This document shows, one piece after another, positions 59,473 through 64,000 of a stretch of 64,000 nucleotides of DNA. The stretch is from Neophaeotheca triangularis (Eukaryota), in the NCBI GenBank assembly GCA_054600435.1, contig BAAIJX010000001.1, positions 992,001 to 1,056,000 on the forward strand. The letters are read 5' to 3'. The translations under genes and the position numbers were made by a program. Position 1 is the stretch's first letter; the number at the start of each line of letters is the position of its first letter. The notes beneath the pieces were generated by a model. That model saw nothing but the letters and a program-made list of their open reading frames with translations, made no database searches and was not told the DNA's origin.

Positions 59473-61706
59473 TCAAACATCAAGCACAGCCCCACCACTC
59501 GTGAAAAGCATCCCAGGCCTCTCAGGACCAAACACGGGTTTCGGCTTCCGCGCCTCTCCATCCTCGAGCCCGCGCAAACCCTCCGCCACACTCACGACCC
59601 CGCTCTCAGCCGACGGATCCAGCGCCACGCCCCCGCCCTCACGGTCCTCGCTCTCCTCCCTGTCGCCAACAACACGGGCGCCAGCATTACCACCGCCGTC
59701 GTCGTCGCCGCCCTCGTCCAAGACATAGCTATCGCCATCCTCGGCCAAACGCGCTTTGACAGTCGTCCAACCCTCTTGGTCGTTGAAAACGGCATCGTCA
59801 TCATTGGCGACGACGACGCGATCGTCGCTCGTGTCGAGATAGAGCGGCTCGTCGCCTTCGTCGCCCTCTTCTCTCCACAGTTTGGGCGGCGGAGCTGTGG
59901 CCTGCTTGGCGGGGGAGTTTACGGCAATAGTTGGAGCCTTTGCTTCGCTGCCCGTAGCACTGGAACTGGGGTCTTTGCCGCCTGCTGATACGACGGCGCC
60001 TGCGACCGCTAGTCCCAAGAACGCCCAGAGCGTGTATACTGCGTCGTTGGCGGCGTTGTGGCACCACCAGGCCGTCATGTCGAAGGCTTCGCTGAGGGTT
60101 TTGCTCAGGCTCTTGCTGTTGACGTCGCCGCTGTAGGCGCGGTAGATGGAGGCGGTGTCGAGGACGTTGTCGTTGGTTGGGTTACTGCGGGTTAGGGGGT
60201 CGAAGCCGAGTTGGCGGAGGTAGGCGATGTCGGTGCTGATGTCGTGGCCGAGGAGGACGAGGTTGCGGAGGGGAGGGGCGGGAGGAGGATTGGTGTGTTC
60301 GATGGGGCTGGTGGCGGCGGTAGGGTGTTCTTCTGCCAAGGCTGGCTTGCTGAAGGGTTCTTTGAAGCAGGCGGCGAGGGCGCGAGGGATGTCTGCTAGA
60401 GGGACGAACTCGCTCGTGCCGAATTGGAATTTGTCTGGGCAGCCTTGCACGAACTCATGATTGACGATGTGTTTGTTCTCGTCGATGCGGACGTGGCGGG
60501 CGCGGATGTGCTTTTGCCAGTTGCTGCCGTTGGGGCCTGGGGGTTCGTTGGAAAGATCGCGAGTGTCGAGGGTCGCGATGCCGACTTCGGTGATAGTCTT
60601 GTGGTGTTTTTCCCACGCTTCAACGTCGATGGCGATGATGACGGTGTCCTTTTCACAGGAAAAGGGGGCAGGTTTGTTGGGGGAGAGGGGAGAGATGGCG
60701 AGGTTGGCGAGGTTAGGCATGGAGGCGTCTTCGAGCTTTCGAGCGAGACCCAGCAGCCTCTGCGCCTTGGAGAGCTGCCCCTTGCTCTGGATTTGCACTA
60801 TGGGGAGACCGGTTCCCGTCTCTTGACTCTTCTTTGACTTTGCACCCTTTTTCTTGTTCTTACCGACATCGACCGCGAGCCCCATCTTCTCCTGGAAAGT
60901 AGTGTAGTCGCCACCTTCCTTCGAATCGTAGCCGGGAAGAGTAATGTTGACAGAAAAGTATTCAATCTGCTCGCGAGAAGTGGAGTGACCGAGCAATTTA
61001 GGACGCAGCTCTGGGTCTTGACTATCGAACTGCATGACTAGACCTTCGTCAATCATGTAGTCGTCGATCTTGATGTTGGCGCAGCTGAAAGCGCGGTTCA
61101 TCTCGTCGATAAAAGATTGCAACTGATACTCGGGCACGAAGAGGGTGGCTTTGGCAGTTTGATGATAGGGCGACCAGATGTAGTAGCTGTCGTGTAGTTA
61201 GTCAGAGATTGCCCTTCTCAAAAATAATGTATGGTCCCAAGAGCAACTTACAGATCCCAGGCCCGATTAAAGAATTTGCCTTTATCGAAGAAGGCCGTCG
61301 CAAAAGGCTGTAACAACTCCTTCTGGACAAACTTGTAAGGGAATTTGTGGATTCCCAAGAACACCGCAAAACGCATACCCGGTGGCGTTGGCTCGCCCAT
61401 GCGCTCATCCAGCTTGAAATTATTGGGGTTGGGAATGTCGACGGGTTTCGTGGGAGTCAACCTGGCGGGCATGTGCGTGGTTGGCATGTGTGATTTCCCA
61501 GTGGAGCCGCTGGAAGGGTCTGGGTGAGGGTTCTCTGCTAGGAATTGGTCGGCGGAGGGGAGTAGGTTGTGGAAGGCGGCTTCGTGATCTCGATCGGGGT
61601 TGGTGGCGGAGGTTTGGGGTTTGGGGAGTTTGGGAGGGAGATTCTCCATGCCTCCTAACAGTTTGACGAAGCGTTCGAGACGCGGGTCCGGTGCTTGAGT
61701 GGCCAT
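59473..61706 (-). CDS. qip: QDE-2-interacting protein (QIP)-like DEDDh 3'-5' exonuclease (Gfd2-type domain)
   Basis: Exons 61706-61252 and 61186-59473 (722 aa). N-terminal KFPYKFV...FFDKGKFFNRAWDLYYI; Exo motifs AIDVEAWE, LLGHDISTD and HNAANDA. Confidence 0.82.
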
Positions 61707-62279
61707 TTTAGTGGGTGGGTGGGTGGTGGAAGGTGGAAGTGAAAGTGGATTGACAGGTAGAAGTGTCGTATAAGCAGAACTCCCAGCCAGGTGGAGGTTG
61801 ACAGCTTCACCCAAGGCTAGATGAGGTTTCGCGAGCTCTTTCCAAATAACTGAAGTGGATAGAAGGGTGAAAGTGTAAGGTAAGGGAGAGTCGGCGAGAT
61901 GCAGCTAGGTGTTTATGTTTTCAGGCAACCTCATAAGCAAAGCGAGGTATCACGAGATCCTTGTAGACGCATCAAAGTGAAATGATTCGAGCTGGCTGGG
62001 GGCTCGAGGTGAATCTCGCAAGAGTCGAGAAGCCCAGGTGAGGTGAAGTTAACGTGAGGTAACAGGCCAGAAACGCGTAGAAGGCGCGACAACATGTGCA
62101 CCTTCAGAAATGCTTCAAGGCATTCGCGGCAAGCCTTGGATATTACATGGCATACCTGTATTTGAACATAACCAACCTAGATTGTGGTAAAAAGGCGTTT
62201 GTCAAGGCATCGTGCTCCGCTTGACGGGAGCCCAGCGCCCCGGGAGACGGTCACCCAAGCATACCCAGCGACGGATTTC

Positions 62280-64000
62280 TGTCCTAACGCCCTACTTGAA
62301 CTTTTATCTTGCACTTTCCTAGTCCTAAGATAATTGTATATACCTCGCTATATAGACTTCTACTGTCGAGCGGCGCGAGCACTCGAGACGCCGGGAGACC
62401 AGTTTTGCTCGGGGAGGTATTGTTCGCAGCGGTTGCGAATAATGTAATAGGATCGGGAATTAGGTATAGTCTATAAGACTAAGACTATAACTCGGTTAGG
62501 ATCACGGTATAGCGAGGGCGGGACGTAATAATGGTAACAATAGTAACAGTCCTTTAATACAGAAACTATTCGATAGTAGATAGGAGACTTCATTGTTAGC
62601 TATCTTATATACTTTCGTAGTATGTATACTTAGTACTCCTAAGCTACTCCGTAGCTTAGGCCGCTAATATCCTACTAGCGCTACGGTCGTGACAATTGCC
62701 TCTCTCTCTAGTAGCTCGTCCTCGAGCTAGCACTCATAAATATAGTTATATAGGACCCTAGTATAGCACGTATGTTAGTATCCTCGTTAAAAACCTTAGT
62801 AGTGTCTTTACTAAGGAAAAGAGTGATACTACATACTACCGTCATACTATTAGGTCCCTAGAGTGAATTCACCCCAAACCTGAGTTCGCTATAGCGAGGT
62901 GCATTATTGTTATGATAAGCGGTATTAATGGCTACGTGGCGGTGATCTAGTAGGGTAGTAATTACTAGTAGAGCCTTAGCGTAATTATGCTATAATTATG
63001 CGGAGGTGACCTACTAGCCGCTTCTCTTTCGAAGACTTCCTCCTTTTAACTACAACAACAATAACAGCCTCTACTCCGTCGTAGTCCCTTCGGTATACTA
63101 GTCTACCTTTTAATAAGGTAACCTTCTTTATTAGTAAGTGAACTTTAGTTCTTTATGTATACGCTACTATTAGTCCGTATGTAGTTCTTATTGTTCTTTA
63201 ATAATGAAACTAACCTCACCTAGTTTCCTATTATTACCTGCTTCTAGTGACCTTTCGAAAACCTTACCTAGCGCGGTTTAATAAAAAGGCGCTCCTCGTA
63301 CCTCTAACACCTTCTTGCCTTCTTTATTAACTACTTTTTTCGTGATCTCGCTATCGCCCTTTTTTCCGCTAGCTTTATTCACTACCTTCATTACTCTACT
63401 ACTATTCTATCATACCTCCGCGTGTTAGTAAGCGTCTAAAGGCGCTAGTCGACTATAGCGTTAGCGCTATAGCCATTAATAGTAAGGGTACCTTTACTAT
63501 AGATAGAGCGATTATCGCTAAGGGAGTCTTTATGACTAAGGGCTACTATTAGATCAACACTAGTAGTTTTATAGAGGAGGAGTTAAAGGATCTAGTTAAT
63601 GAGTCGAAGTCTATCAAGAAGGATTTGAAGTTAGAGGGTGTTAGTACGAAGCGTACTGTAGCTATTAAGGGCGTAGGCTCGAAACGTAAGTATGCTATAG
63701 GTAATAATAGTAAAGAGAGTGAGTCTAATAAGGGTATACTAGCGTTCTGTCGCTTCGCCGACATCGATAAGGGTAAGAAGCTTACTCCTATTAATGTTAA
63801 TCGCCCTCGTTATTCGCGCTACATTAATGTTATGGTAAGAGGGAGGGAGCCCTTTTGGTTTAGTAGGGAAGGTAGTAGCCTAGCCCTAGGCTAGCTACTT
63901 CTACCTCTATAGCTAGATAGCTTCATTCATCTATCTTGTTTACATCTCACACTTTGTACTACACCTATTAGTCGTAGTAATTAGTAGCTAAGAATAGCAA
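62280..64000. mobile_element. RIP-mutated, AT-rich transposon block extending beyond the window
   Basis: Sharp drop in GC with abundant TpA and scarce CpA/TpG; stops in all frames; contains an LTR and a PPT. Confidence 0.88.
62443..62694 (-). mobile_element. 3' LTR (~252 bp) of a Gypsy-like retrotransposon
   Basis: The minus strand reads TGTCACGA...ATTACA (TG...CA termini) and is immediately preceded by a polypurine tract, AGAGAGAGAGGCAAT. Confidence 0.7.

Overview
Eukaryotic DNA from a filamentous ascomycete (Pezizomycotina; possibly a Dothideomycete, which is an inference). It is gene-dense, with short GT-AG introns carrying CTAAC/CTGAC-type branch points. About 24 protein-coding loci are supported. 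Conserved housekeeping or regulatory genes: GID4/Vid24-family, NDUFS5, a Rad51 paralog, IST3, pacC, MED31, pal1, RPC11, an ankyrin protein, SF3B5, NSE3, F-box/LRR and QIP. Secreted or hydrolase genes: GH31 alpha-glucosidase, amidohydrolase, a small Cys-rich protein, a GPI-anchored S41 peptidase and a bacterial-type beta-glucuronidase. There is also a probably pseudogenised 2OG-Fe(II) oxygenase and, at the right end, a RIP-degraded LTR retrotransposon block. Most notable: (1) a head-to-head pair of a large AAA+ ATPase and a sensor-less, P-loop-degenerate NACHT/NLR-like protein; (2) a divergent NoxR/p67phox-like TPR protein; (3) 14 PacC sites upstream of pacC itself; (4) recurrent abrupt C-rich to G-rich skew flips; (5) two stop-free 3n introns. 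No rRNA, tRNA or CRISPR array was recognised. Exon boundaries were read by eye, and family calls come from motif recognition, not database searches.
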